64,000 nt of DNA from Myxococcales bacterium (GTDB taxonomy: Bacteria > Myxococcota > UBA727 > JABDBI01). The notes below the pieces were generated by a model. It worked only from the letters and a program-made list of their open reading frames with translations, searched no databases and had not been told where the DNA came from. Numbering within the stretch: position 1 is the first letter of the stretch; the number at the start of each line of letters is the position of its first letter. Where the stretch lies: positions 8,078-72,077 of the forward strand of contig JAHFEF010000009.1 of NCBI GenBank assembly GCA_023248545.1, in the 5' to 3' direction. Below are positions 10,356-20,347 of this stretch, in pieces. The position numbers were made by a program, and so were the translations under genes.

Positions 10356-11614
10356 TGACCTCTAAAATAATAACGTTCCTGCTCACCCTTATTCACTCGC
10401 GCTACCAGTGTCAAAGTGCGGCTGACTCCATTGACGGTCGCTTGACTCTTTAAGGTAAAATTCTTCGATTCAACTCCCAGTATATCTTGGCAGTCTTTCT
10501 GGTTCACGGACAAGGGCAAAGTCTTTAAAAATTGCATAAACCCAGCTTCATTCACCGGCCCACCCCCCATTGTCTTATATTGCATCCACTTCTTGACCGC
10601 TGTATCCACCCAAATTTGTTGTTGCAGATTAGGTTCTAAATCATTCTGAGCACAATAGCGTATGAGAGGCTCAATAACAGGTTCTTTCGCCGATAAAATA
10701 TTGATTTTCTGGCCTTGACCATAAATGGTCAGCGCATCTCCAAAAGCCTCCATATGCCTATCTGTAAAACCAGGGACAAGATTTAACTCTCCCAAGCTGT
10801 CAAAATAAGCGTTTTTAGGAAAAACCCCCTTGGTACTCAGATACAAATCTCGCTCAGACCCACCAAACGGTGTTCCCCAGCTATCGCTTGGGGCATTCGG
10901 GTTGATGCGAACTTCGTCGACATCCAAATAATCGTAGATATTGGCAATCAATTCGGCACGACTGACTTTCTTAAACAGCGGGTCATATTTGATCGGAACA
11001 AATAACGCGGCCAAAAGCTTTCGCGTCTTACTGCGATCAGCCTGAACAGGTTCTGCCGCCCAGGCCCGAAATGAAATTTTGCTTTCTTCGTCCGTCATCG
11101 CCACGTTGAAAGAACCTTCGAAAGCCCCAAAACCTCCCTCGGGCGGAATAAACAAGCCAGTCTTGGTGCGTGTTTTTTGCTCACGCTCTTTCATTTTTTC
11201 GTCGAGTTTTTTCTTTTCTTCCTCTTTGCGTTTCTTCACCGCTTCGCTGACGTCCATCCCCAGTGTGGTTGCCAAGTCACCCGAAATCAAGCCACCGAGC
11301 AAATTGCTATCGATGGACAACATTTCCCAGACGGTATGCTTGGGGAGCGGAACCCCAAAGCTTGCAAATTGCGTAAAATAGCCTTGAATGGGCGCTTCAA
11401 TGGTTAGGAACAACGACGCAATATTAAGGCCACTTTCAGCCAACGCTTCGGCTTTGAGAGCATCGCGTTGACGCAACGCAACTTGATATTGCGATTGCTC
11501 TTCGACCAATAGATCCGTCACGACAGCCGAAATCAAGGCCAGCGAGATGACCACCAACAAAAGAGCCATTCCACGGGCTCTTAGGGGACGATACGAACGG
11601 GTTTGTCGAGCCAA
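10352..11614 (-). CDS. gspK: Type II secretion minor pseudopilin GspK
   Basis: RG|MALLLV leader, ALAESG, DEESKI, KNAYFDSLGELNLVPG, KINILSA. Confidence 0.85.
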   Translation of the reverse strand: MARQTRSYRPLRARGMALLLVVISLALISAVVTDLLVEEQSQYQVALRQRDALKAEALAESGLNIASLFLTIEAPIQGYFTQFASFGVPLPKHTVWEMLSIDSNLLGGLISGDLATTLGMDVSEAVKKRKEEEKKKLDEKMKEREQKTRTKTGLFIPPEGGFGAFEGSFNVAMTDEESKISFRAWAAEPVQADRSKTRKLLAALFVPIKYDPLFKKVSRAELIANIYDYLDVDEVRINPNAPSDSWGTPFGGSERDLYLSTKGVFPKNAYFDSLGELNLVPGFTDRHMEAFGDALTIYGQGQKINILSAKEPVIEPLIRYCAQNDLEPNLQQQIWVDTAVKKWMQYKTMGGGPVNEAGFMQFLKTLPLSVNQKDCQDILGVESKNFTLKSQATVNGVSRTLTLVARVNKGEQERYYFRGQ

Positions 11615-12210
11615 ATCTGTGTCTCCGTGGTAATCTTTTCAATGTCCTCGTCGTTTAATTTTGCACTGATTTCAATGCGCACACGAATAGGCAAAGTGAC
11701 GGTCTGAATGGGCTGTCCTTCGGTTTTCCAAACGCTGTCCCAGGCGCTGGTCAAAACATTCCAATATTTGAGTTCGAGCTTGTCTACATCGGGGCACACC
11801 AATTTGGCTTTGCCTTCTTTCCACAGCCGATTGCCTGGGTTGGCCTTTTCGCGACGCATGAGATTACCCTCTTGGATAAAATATGTAATTTCGCGCTCGC
11901 CGCTTTCTTGGGCGTCTTGTCTGTGACTGAGGCCACCGAAAGCCACAAAAGAGATCTGATTTTTGTCACCTCTTAATTGCGTGTCTACCACTAAGTGCAC
12001 AGGATTTCGATTGGCACTCATATAAGCCATGCTAAGTTCTGACGACATTCGAGCCAAGGCTTGGCGAATCAGGTGATGCCGACTCGAAATAGCCGTGGCC
12101 TTGTCTGTCACATCTAAAGAAGAAGTTAAACTGGTCATGAGGATCACGCCCATCATGCCCAGCAACGCCGCCGCAATCAGGACTTCAATCAAGCTGAATC
12201 CGCGTCTCAT
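11581..12210 (-). CDS. gspJ: Type II secretion minor pseudopilin GspJ
   Basis: RRG|FSLIE prepilin motif, C-terminal LPIRVRIEI; operon position. Confidence 0.8.
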   Translation of the reverse strand: MRRGFSLIEVLIAAALLGMMGVILMTSLTSSLDVTDKATAISSRHHLIRQALARMSSELSMAYMSANRNPVHLVVDTQLRGDKNQISFVAFGGLSHRQDAQESGEREITYFIQEGNLMRREKANPGNRLWKEGKAKLVCPDVDKLELKYWNVLTSAWDSVWKTEGQPIQTVTLPIRVRIEISAKLNDEDIEKITTETQIWLDKPVRIVP

Positions 12211-12884
12211 TTGGGTGCCCCTGTCGGCCGCGGCGAAACAGCTCCTGGCTGCCCACCAGGTAACTTTTGCCCACCCAGGGCTTGACCTTGCGTCGTCAAC
12301 AAACCGGCCAAATCAGCCATTGGCTTGCCATTGACCACATGCGTCACCACTTTCAAGTCCTCGTCAACTCCCTGTTCTGTCCACCGGACAATCAAGACCA
12401 ACTCCCGAATCGAGTCTCCTAACGTCGTCGAGATCAAGCTAAAAAAAGGCGCCAACATATTGGCCCCAAACTCCATGTTACCGGGCCCCCCTTGGCTGCC
12501 CGGCATAGAGCCTCCTTGCTGAACCTTCATGGCTTTCGAAATCGCTTCTGGGCTCGGTGGCGGCATGTTGAATCTTAAACCGTGGCATTCCCACTTGTAG
12601 TCTTTGAAGCCTTCTTCTTCGAAATTGCCATCACTGCCATAATCTGTCACGGAGAAGCCCTTTTTCAGCAGATCATATTTGCAATCGATGAGTTTCTTTC
12701 GGGCCAACTGCGTCGCGATGTTCAAGGCTCGGCCCTTGGCGGCCAGTTTCATCGAACGTGCTTGGGCTTCGAATAAATAAAGCAGCGATAAACCCATGAT
12801 TGCCATGGCGATCATGACTTCAAGCAACGAAAATCCCCTGGGGTGAGGTTTACGATTTCTCAAGTGGCAACTCTTGATCTTCAA
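12207..12884 (-). CDS. gspI: Type II secretion minor pseudopilin GspI
   Basis: RG|FSLLEVMIAMAI prepilin motif; operon position; exact start uncertain. Confidence 0.75.
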   Translation of the reverse strand: MKIKSCHLRNRKPHPRGFSLLEVMIAMAIMGLSLLYLFEAQARSMKLAAKGRALNIATQLARKKLIDCKYDLLKKGFSVTDYGSDGNFEEEGFKDYKWECHGLRFNMPPPSPEAISKAMKVQQGGSMPGSQGGPGNMEFGANMLAPFFSLISTTLGDSIRELVLIVRWTEQGVDEDLKVVTHVVNGKPMADLAGLLTTQGQALGGQKLPGGQPGAVSPRPTGAPK

Positions 12885-13449
12885 TCACGACTGCACCGGT
12901 GAGCGGCTCAACGACCAGGTCATATAAGCGCTTGCCCTCGGGATCGTCTGCAATCACAATCTGGGCTTCTTCGGTGTAGCCATCTGGGAAAAAATAGAGT
13001 GCAATTTGGCCTTTTCCGGCACGTTCTTCAAATCGGTCAATCCAAATGCTTCTGAAATAAACATCTTCCGGTAATTTCTGCTTTTCGCCCAACTCATCTT
13101 CAACGGCTTTAAAATCCGGATTTTTGACCGGCTTTCCGGTATCACGAGCTTGTTTTTCGTCTTCTTCTTCTTGTTTTTGGCTTTTGACTTTGACCGTGTC
13201 AGACGATTCTTCGACCCAGTATTCTCTTTTGTCCATGTCAAAAACAATACGACACGTCTTGCCAGACAACGACGCCCGCGCATACGTGTCACGAATCAAG
13301 CCCTGCAGCTGATTCGCTGTGCTTTTGAGTTTACTGCCGGTAATCGACCGAAACGTCGGTATCGCAATGGCCGTAAAAACCCCAATGAGGAGCAATACGA
13401 CCAGGATTTCCAGCAGCGAAAAGCCTCTATTTTTCCCAGTTGCCAACAT
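12850..13449 (-). CDS. gspH: Type II secretion minor pseudopilin GspH
   Basis: RG|FSLLE motif, FFPDG and VEPLTG motifs; start reset to ATG 13449. Confidence 0.8.
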   Translation of the reverse strand: MLATGKNRGFSLLEILVVLLLIGVFTAIAIPTFRSITGSKLKSTANQLQGLIRDTYARASLSGKTCRIVFDMDKREYWVEESSDTVKVKSQKQEEEDEKQARDTGKPVKNPDFKAVEDELGEKQKLPEDVYFRSIWIDRFEERAGKGQIALYFFPDGYTEEAQIVIADDPEGKRLYDLVVEPLTGAVVIEDQELPLEKS

Positions 13450-13801
13450 CGTCCTCTGTATCCGGAAGTCCATCGGGGCCATTGGAGTGTACATCGCAGC
13501 CTTTAGGGTTGTGAACGCCTGGACAAACAAACGTGTACTCATTGCCCCACGGATCAACTGGCGCTTTTTCTAGATCGCCGTTTTTAATCAGGTCGTCCCA
13601 AGTTTCTGGGTTCTTGCGTCTTTCAGCTTTGAACATGATTAACTTCTGTGAAAGACCGTTTGCCTCGGTGCGAGTGGCGCTAATTTGGCCCTTGGATAAC
13701 CCACCAAATGTCGCGACAGCAATGCCACCGACGATCAAGCCAATCAAAGCCATGACGATCATGATTTCAATCAGCGAAAAACCCTTCAATCCTGTTTTCA
13801 T
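13427..13801 (-). CDS. gspG: Type II secretion major pseudopilin GspG
   Basis: KG|FSLIE, DPWGNEY, SNGPDG..TEDDVGNW. Confidence 0.92.
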   Translation of the reverse strand: MKTGLKGFSLIEIMIVMALIGLIVGGIAVATFGGLSKGQISATRTEANGLSQKLIMFKAERRKNPETWDDLIKNGDLEKAPVDPWGNEYTFVCPGVHNPKGCDVHSNGPDGLPDTEDDVGNWEK

Positions 13802-13812
13802 ATCCTTCTCCC

Positions 13813-15057
13813 TTATTTTACGAGCGTATTCATTTGCATAATAGGCGTCAAGATTGCAAACACAATAAAACCAACACTGCCACCCATCAAAGCGATCATG
13901 ACCGGCTCCAACAAGGCCGTCAGGGTCGTCACCCGGAGTTGCACTTGCTGTTCATAAGTCGTCGCAATTCGGGTCAACATGGTCTCGAGTTGCCCCGATT
14001 TTTCCCCGATGGCGATCATGTGTGTGACCATCGGAGGAAAGCAGCCACTGCGCTTTAAAGGCGTAGCAATGTCTTCACCTTCCCGAACAGCCTCTCGAAC
14101 CGCATCGATGGCTTTCTCTAAAACATCGTTTGAAACAATATTGCGAACGATCTCAAGACTCGCCAATAATGGCACCCCGCTGGCCAACAAAGTAGAAAGC
14201 GTGCGTGAAAATCGCGCGACCGAAACCAGCTGCGTAATACTCCCCAAGATGGGCACTTTCAATCTAAACTGATCCCAGGCAGCTCGGCCCTTGGGCGACT
14301 TTTTCCAACGCACAAAGCCATAGATCAAGCCACCTAAAATAATAATTATCAGCCACCAGTAATTGCTGATCAAATCACTGATTCCAATCAGCATCCGCGT
14401 CATGATGGGCAACTGGACTTTGGCGCGAATAAATATCTGAGAGATTCGTGGCACCACGGTCGTCAGCATCAAAATCATGATCACAAACGCCACCGTGGCC
14501 ATCACCGCTGGGTACACCATGGCACTGATGACTTTGCTTTTCAGCTGCGCCTGGTTTTCCATGAAATCAGCCAGGCGCTCCAAGACGACTTCCAAAGCCC
14601 CGGAACTCTCGCCAGCTCGAACCATGTTGATATAAATATTGCTAAAAATCTTATGCTTCTGCATGGCGTCGGCCAGCGAAGAACCTTCGTTGACCGAGCC
14701 GCGAATTTCAGAAAAAATGCGCTTTAATTTTTCATTGTCGATTTGGTCAATCAGGGCATTGAGCGAATCGACCATGGGGACGCCAGCCTGCAATAAAATG
14801 GCCATCTGGCGTGTAGCCTGAGCAATATCGCTCGTGCTCACACCTTTAAACAAAGCATCCAGTTTGATCTGGCGTTTCAAAAAGCTGGATTTTGACGTCG
14901 TTCCACTGACTAAAGCCCCTGAAGCTTCAAAGACATCCGTTGCTAAAATGCCTTCTTTTCGGAGCAAGACGCGCAAAGCTTTCACGCCATCGGCATCGCG
15001 AGAGCCCTTCACGCTCTTGCCTTTTTGATCGTAGCCCTTGTACTCGTAAATCGGCAT
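13813..15057 (-). CDS. gspF: Type II secretion inner-membrane platform protein GspF
   Basis: MPIYEYKG start, AGESSGAL, AMVYP, IGEKSGQL, LLEP. Confidence 0.93.
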   Translation of the reverse strand: MPIYEYKGYDQKGKSVKGSRDADGVKALRVLLRKEGILATDVFEASGALVSGTTSKSSFLKRQIKLDALFKGVSTSDIAQATRQMAILLQAGVPMVDSLNALIDQIDNEKLKRIFSEIRGSVNEGSSLADAMQKHKIFSNIYINMVRAGESSGALEVVLERLADFMENQAQLKSKVISAMVYPAVMATVAFVIMILMLTTVVPRISQIFIRAKVQLPIMTRMLIGISDLISNYWWLIIIILGGLIYGFVRWKKSPKGRAAWDQFRLKVPILGSITQLVSVARFSRTLSTLLASGVPLLASLEIVRNIVSNDVLEKAIDAVREAVREGEDIATPLKRSGCFPPMVTHMIAIGEKSGQLETMLTRIATTYEQQVQLRVTTLTALLEPVMIALMGGSVGFIVFAILTPIMQMNTLVK

Positions 15058-16799
15058 TATTCAGCATCCACCGCCAAGTTCTCTTCCCGCGTCACGCGAG
15101 TCACTTCTTCGACGGTGGTAATGCCCATTTTCACCTTGTGGGCTCCATCTTCCCTTAAAGTCACCATGCCTTGTTCGCGAGCTTTGTTCTTAATCGTAGC
15201 AGAATCGGCATTTTGTAGGATCAGTTGCCGAATATTTTCTTCCACCAACATGAGTTCGAAAATACCCTGTCGGCCCAAATAACCCGTATTTTGACAAGTC
15301 CCACAACCTTTTCCGCGCCACAGCTTGGAGGTCGTCTTCGGGTCAAGTCCTAATTCGTGCAGTTCTTCGGCTTTCGGTTTGTATTCTTCGCGGCAATCCG
15401 GACAAATGGTTCGCACCAAACGCTGGGCCAGCACGGCCATCAGAGAGCTGGCCACTAAAAATGGCTCTACTTGCATGTCTACCAGGCGCGTGATCGCGCC
15501 GGGTGCGTCATTGGTATGCACGGTCGAAAATACCAAGTGGCCTGTCAGAGATGCTTGGATGGCAATCTCAGCCGTGGTTCTATCACGAATTTCACCGACC
15601 ATGATCACATCGGGATCTTGTCGCAAGAAAGCACGTAGGCCATTGGAGAAAGTCAAATCTATTTTGGTATTCACCTGCACTTGGCCTACACCCGGCAGCT
15701 GGTACTCGACGGGATCTTCGATGGTCAGAATATTTAACTCGGGCTTGTTGATCTTGGACAAGCAAGCATACAGCGTCGAAGTCTTACCCGAACCCGTAGG
15801 ACCCGATACCAAGAAAATACCGTGCGAAGCCGTGATAATTTGATAAATCGCTTTGAGATTATGTTCTGAAAAGCCGATTTCACTCAAGCTTTTTAACACA
15901 CTGGAGCGATCCAACAATCGCATCACGATGCGTTCGCCATAGCCCGTTGGGATACTCGACACACGAATGTCAAAATCTTTCCCAGCAACTTTTAATCTAA
16001 TACGGCCATCTTGAGGCAAGCGTTTTTCAGCGATATTTAAGCCGGCCATGATTTTCAATCGAGAGATAATCGAGTTCTGAAATCGCTTCGGCGGTTTTAT
16101 AATTTCGTATAAAATACCGTCAATTCGAAATCGCACGAGCAATTCGCGTTCAAAGGGCTCGACGTGAATATCGCTGGCCCGATCTTTGACAGCCTGGCTC
16201 ATGAGTGAGTTCACCAGCCGAATAATGGGCGCTTCGTCATCGCCCTCGATGTCCAGCAAGTCGACGACTTCGTCTTCCAAAACGCCCTTTAAGTCCGCTG
16301 ATTCAGCATCTTCGAGCTCGGCAACCGCTGTCTCAGCCTGACGGATCACGCGATCATAAGCTTTGTTAATCGCAGCAACAATCAGCTCTGGAGCGGCGAT
16401 TTCCAGATCGAGTTCTTTGCCAAAAAGCAATCTCAGTTCATCGTGCGTTTCGATGTCTGAGGCATCGAAGCAAGCGAGCCTAATGTGGCCATTGGCAGCA
16501 ACGCCTACTGGCAATATGCGATTTTGCTTCGCGAATGTAATCGGAATCAAACGCAATATCTCGGGGTCAATCTGGTCAACTTCGATTTTTTCGACAAAAG
16601 GCAAATCACATTGAGCAGCGAGTGCTTTGGCCAGCTGGGCGTTGGTGATCAGCTTGAGCGACACAAGAACTTCGCCCAACCGCCCACCTTTTTCGCGCTG
16701 CACCGCCAATGCTTGTGCAATTTGATCGGAGTTCAGTCCAAATAACGTCGAGGTCACTTCTCCGATGGGCTTTCCCCATAATGCCTGTGCAACACTCAT
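15057..16799 (-). CDS. gspE: Type II secretion ATPase GspE
   Basis: ASDIH, RLPQDGR, GPTGSGKTST, LRQDPDVIMVGEIRD, tetracysteine motif; N-terminal MshEN-like segment. Confidence 0.95.
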   Translation of the reverse strand: MSVAQALWGKPIGEVTSTLFGLNSDQIAQALAVQREKGGRLGEVLVSLKLITNAQLAKALAAQCDLPFVEKIEVDQIDPEILRLIPITFAKQNRILPVGVAANGHIRLACFDASDIETHDELRLLFGKELDLEIAAPELIVAAINKAYDRVIRQAETAVAELEDAESADLKGVLEDEVVDLLDIEGDDEAPIIRLVNSLMSQAVKDRASDIHVEPFERELLVRFRIDGILYEIIKPPKRFQNSIISRLKIMAGLNIAEKRLPQDGRIRLKVAGKDFDIRVSSIPTGYGERIVMRLLDRSSVLKSLSEIGFSEHNLKAIYQIITASHGIFLVSGPTGSGKTSTLYACLSKINKPELNILTIEDPVEYQLPGVGQVQVNTKIDLTFSNGLRAFLRQDPDVIMVGEIRDRTTAEIAIQASLTGHLVFSTVHTNDAPGAITRLVDMQVEPFLVASSLMAVLAQRLVRTICPDCREEYKPKAEELHELGLDPKTTSKLWRGKGCGTCQNTGYLGRQGIFELMLVEENIRQLILQNADSATIKNKAREQGMVTLREDGAHKVKMGITTVEEVTRVTREENLAVDAE

Positions 16800-19315
16800 G
16801 GTTTATTGGGTTCCACTTGAATGGGCGCTGGTTCTGGAACTTGCGGCGGCGGACGATCTGTCACAATGGTCTCCGTGACGGGCGGTTGTTCAGGACTTGT
16901 TTTGTCTGCATCGCTCTCGTCTGAATCGGTCGGCTCCAGGGTCTGAACCTTATGTTTATCGACATCGTCATGTTCAGGAGACTTGAAGACGGTCTCTCCG
17001 GGCAACCCAGGACCCCCGTTTTCGGTCTTTTGCATCTCATACTGAACTTGGTCAATCAGGCGACCGAGTGGCCCTGATTTTTTGTCATAGTCGATATAGG
17101 GATCGAACTTGGTAATTTTGTCGCCAAAATAAAGTTTCGAAAACTCTTCGCGTTCCTTGGCTTTGCGCTCATAGATTTTTCTTAAATCACCCTCGTTACG
17201 AACCACATAGGGTGTCAGAATAAGCATGAGGTTTTTCTTGATTTTTACTTTACTGGTCGTCTTAAACAGATGCCCTAACAGGGGGATATCACCCAACCAT
17301 GGAATCTTGCCTTCGGTCGTCTTGTAAGTCTCACCAATCAACCCACCCAGTACAACCGTCTGCTGATCTCTAGATGAAACAGTCGTCTTAGCAGTTTTCG
17401 TCGTAAACTTTGGATAGTCCACATTATTTAACCTAATATTTTCACCCACATCCTGTATGTCCTGCTCGATTTCGAGGCGAACCTGATTGTCATCATTCAC
17501 ATGCGGCGTCAACGTAAACTTGAGCTTGGGTTCCTGATACTGGACATTCTGCAATGGAATCCCAATTCCGGCCGAACCAGTACCTAGCCCAACTGTCGAT
17601 ACACTGCCCAGCGTCGGAATTCTTTCACCCACTGACATCTCAGCCTTCTCATTATCCAATGTCATCAACGATGGCGTTGAAAGAATATCTACATTTGAAT
17701 AGGTCTGAATAATATTTAAAATGGCGCCTATACCAGGTACATTGATTGTGGTGCCATTCAACGTAAGCGGTTGATTGGGACCAATAAAACCAATGGTATC
17801 TAAAAATGGCGCTAATCCCGCGGCAGCCACACCAGCACTATTGCCGCTGGCCAACGCCGTGCCAATTTTACCAAACACATCGGTGGCCAAACCCTTTCCG
17901 GCTGGGTTCGCCAAGATCATCGTTGAACCTTTGCCTAACACGTCCGGAATCCCCCCAAACGCTCCCAACCCAAAGTTATTTCTATCATCCAAGCTGATTT
18001 CCATGATCGCTGCCTCGACATAAACTTGCGTGCGTTTCTTATCAAGCTTGGCAATCACTTGCAGCAATGCTTTATAGTCTCTGGGGCTTGCAACAGACAC
18101 CAACGAATTAGTTGCTTCGTCGGCAGTGACTTTGATATCACCTTCAAACATGCTGTCGCCACGGGCATAGACACCCGGTGTCCCGCTGTTGGATCTCCCT
18201 GATTTGAGGCCCTGGACCAACGTCGACAGCGTGGTGGCAATCTTCTTAGAATCACCATGCTTGAGATAATAGACATAGATCTGGCCCTGCGTACCTGCCC
18301 CCGAAGACGGCACATCCAATACGTCGATCATCTCTTTGATGCGATCAAAAGCTCGGTCTGAAGCAATGACAATTAATTTATTGGTGCGCTCATCGGCAAT
18401 CATTTTTTGTAGTTTGAAATTCTCAGGGTTTCCTCGAGCTCCTGGAAAGTCATCATACGGAGAACGCGACGATGAGGGTGCTGATGAGCCTGATCTGCCA
18501 TTCAACGACGTGAAAATATCGTTTAACTTGGTCTGAATCTGAACCGCGTCGGCATGCACCAAGTCAACAATGTGAATGCGATTGGCAGCACCCGAAATAT
18601 CGACTTTGCTCAAAATACTCATGATGCGACGGATGTTGGACGAACCATCCGTAATCACCAAAAACGTCTCGCCAACAACGATCACATCGCCCACACGACT
18701 CACGAGGCCCTTCACCAAAGATTGCCCAACTTCTTTCTGGAGATGCTTCAAGTCATACAAATAAGTGACCATGCTTTCATCTTGAGGCAGAACCTCTTTT
18801 TCGTCGACCACTTGGATCGGCTGCCTGGGAGAATCCACTCGTTTGATGATCTTATAGTAATCGCCCGTTTTAAATAAACTGAGATCATTGGCCTCAAGCG
18901 TAGACTGGAAAGCCTGCCAAGCTTGTTTGATCGTAATTGGCGTTCGCGAAATAATCGAAATTTCTTGGGATGGCTTCACGCTGCTGGCAATAATAAAATT
19001 GCTGCACGTGAGTCGACTGATCTGGTCTACCAAATCGGATAACTTAGCTTTGTCTAAGTTCCAGGGGAACTTGCCTTTGGGCTTGACACACTTCGCAGGC
19101 ATCACCTTCGTGATGTCACTGCCGCCGCTAGGCATGGAAGCCGATCGTGGTGGTGGTGGTGGTGCTGGTGGCGCCTGCTTCGATCCGTGAGCTGGATCAT
19201 CGCCACCTCGCAAGGGCGACAGTGGCGGCTCTTCATCCGGTAAACCTTCTAAATGCTGAGCAACCAGCGCCGGGTGGACCAAAAGCAATAACAATAACAA
19301 AGAAAACTTATGCAT
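16796..19315 (-). CDS. gspD: Type II secretion secretin GspD
   Basis: Signal peptide, N-domains (ADERTNKLI, ADEATNSL), QVYVEAAIME, KIPWLGDIPLLGHLF, LILTPYVV. Confidence 0.93.
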   Translation of the reverse strand: MHKFSLLLLLLLVHPALVAQHLEGLPDEEPPLSPLRGGDDPAHGSKQAPPAPPPPPRSASMPSGGSDITKVMPAKCVKPKGKFPWNLDKAKLSDLVDQISRLTCSNFIIASSVKPSQEISIISRTPITIKQAWQAFQSTLEANDLSLFKTGDYYKIIKRVDSPRQPIQVVDEKEVLPQDESMVTYLYDLKHLQKEVGQSLVKGLVSRVGDVIVVGETFLVITDGSSNIRRIMSILSKVDISGAANRIHIVDLVHADAVQIQTKLNDIFTSLNGRSGSSAPSSSRSPYDDFPGARGNPENFKLQKMIADERTNKLIVIASDRAFDRIKEMIDVLDVPSSGAGTQGQIYVYYLKHGDSKKIATTLSTLVQGLKSGRSNSGTPGVYARGDSMFEGDIKVTADEATNSLVSVASPRDYKALLQVIAKLDKKRTQVYVEAAIMEISLDDRNNFGLGAFGGIPDVLGKGSTMILANPAGKGLATDVFGKIGTALASGNSAGVAAAGLAPFLDTIGFIGPNQPLTLNGTTINVPGIGAILNIIQTYSNVDILSTPSLMTLDNEKAEMSVGERIPTLGSVSTVGLGTGSAGIGIPLQNVQYQEPKLKFTLTPHVNDDNQVRLEIEQDIQDVGENIRLNNVDYPKFTTKTAKTTVSSRDQQTVVLGGLIGETYKTTEGKIPWLGDIPLLGHLFKTTSKVKIKKNLMLILTPYVVRNEGDLRKIYERKAKEREEFSKLYFGDKITKFDPYIDYDKKSGPLGRLIDQVQYEMQKTENGGPGLPGETVFKSPEHDDVDKHKVQTLEPTDSDESDADKTSPEQPPVTETIVTDRPPPQVPEPAPIQVEPNKP

Positions 19316-20322
19316 CAGGGACGATCCTTGATAGTTATGTCAGACGTAATGGAACCCCCACCACGCTTGTAATCAATGTTCAGCTGTTTGGCGGTAGAAC
19401 GCATTTGATAAAGCTCTAACGCTTTATCCGGGCTATTCAGTTCATAGCCATTGATCTTGGTGATAATATCGCCATCTTGCATGCCGATTTTTGAGTAGAC
19501 AGAATTCGGTGCAATGTTAAATAATTTAAACCCAATTGATCTTCCTTCTTCAAATGCCGGCACAATACGGGCCTGTGAAGCAATCATGGCCAGATTACCC
19601 ATCGTGGCGTCAAAATCTTTGGCATCTATCTCATACGAATTGGGGCCTGTTTTTCGAAGCGTGCTCCCCAAATTTTCGCTGCTCGAGGCGGTTGGTGGCA
19701 CAAACGGCTGCTGACTTGGCGGGACCGGAACGAACCCTTCGTCCATGGCCAAATATTCATAGCGTCGATCGCGCTCATTATAAAATACCACGCGGTGTTC
19801 CTCGATGCGCTTAATCAAACCCACGCTCATGAGCCGATTACAGGGCGCCAGAGGTTCGGTGACTGAGGGCCCGAGAATCTCGATGAACAAAGGATCCAGC
19901 GGAATTCGCGTTGTTTGGCATTCGTTGATCGAATAAGACTGGATATTGCCACCGGTTTCAATCGACGCCAGTGAATATTGGGGGAATGGAAACACGGCCG
20001 TCGCCACCAACCTGGCCCCCAGCGTTGTAGCGATAGCATCTTCCCACCGGCCCGCTTGGCCGGCACCTTCGTCAACTTCGAGCAGGCTTATTTTTTCGCG
20101 TTTGGCGCCGAACATATTGCGTTCATTCAGGGCGGTGAAGTCACGCTCTTTAGGTGATTTGTGTACCGGGCGTGGAGCAGCTTGTGAACTTTCAGTGGCC
20201 TTAAACGACTTTTCGATCTTGTAGCCTATCCAGAGATTGACAGTACTGGCCACGACAAAAGCACACACAGCCAAAAAAGCCAGTCGCGCCATCCAGAACT
20301 GCCATTTCAATCGCCACTTCAT
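19315..20322 (-). CDS. gspC: Type II secretion protein GspC with C-terminal PDZ domain
   Basis: N-terminal TM, ERNMF, ARIVP...GFKLFNI..NS.YSKIGMQDGDII..ING PDZ signature. Confidence 0.85.
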   Translation of the reverse strand: MKWRLKWQFWMARLAFLAVCAFVVASTVNLWIGYKIEKSFKATESSQAAPRPVHKSPKERDFTALNERNMFGAKREKISLLEVDEGAGQAGRWEDAIATTLGARLVATAVFPFPQYSLASIETGGNIQSYSINECQTTRIPLDPLFIEILGPSVTEPLAPCNRLMSVGLIKRIEEHRVVFYNERDRRYEYLAMDEGFVPVPPSQQPFVPPTASSSENLGSTLRKTGPNSYEIDAKDFDATMGNLAMIASQARIVPAFEEGRSIGFKLFNIAPNSVYSKIGMQDGDIITKINGYELNSPDKALELYQMRSTAKQLNIDYKRGGGSITSDITIKDRP

Positions 20323-20347
20323 GGTGTTTGGCTGTCTAGCACTAATT

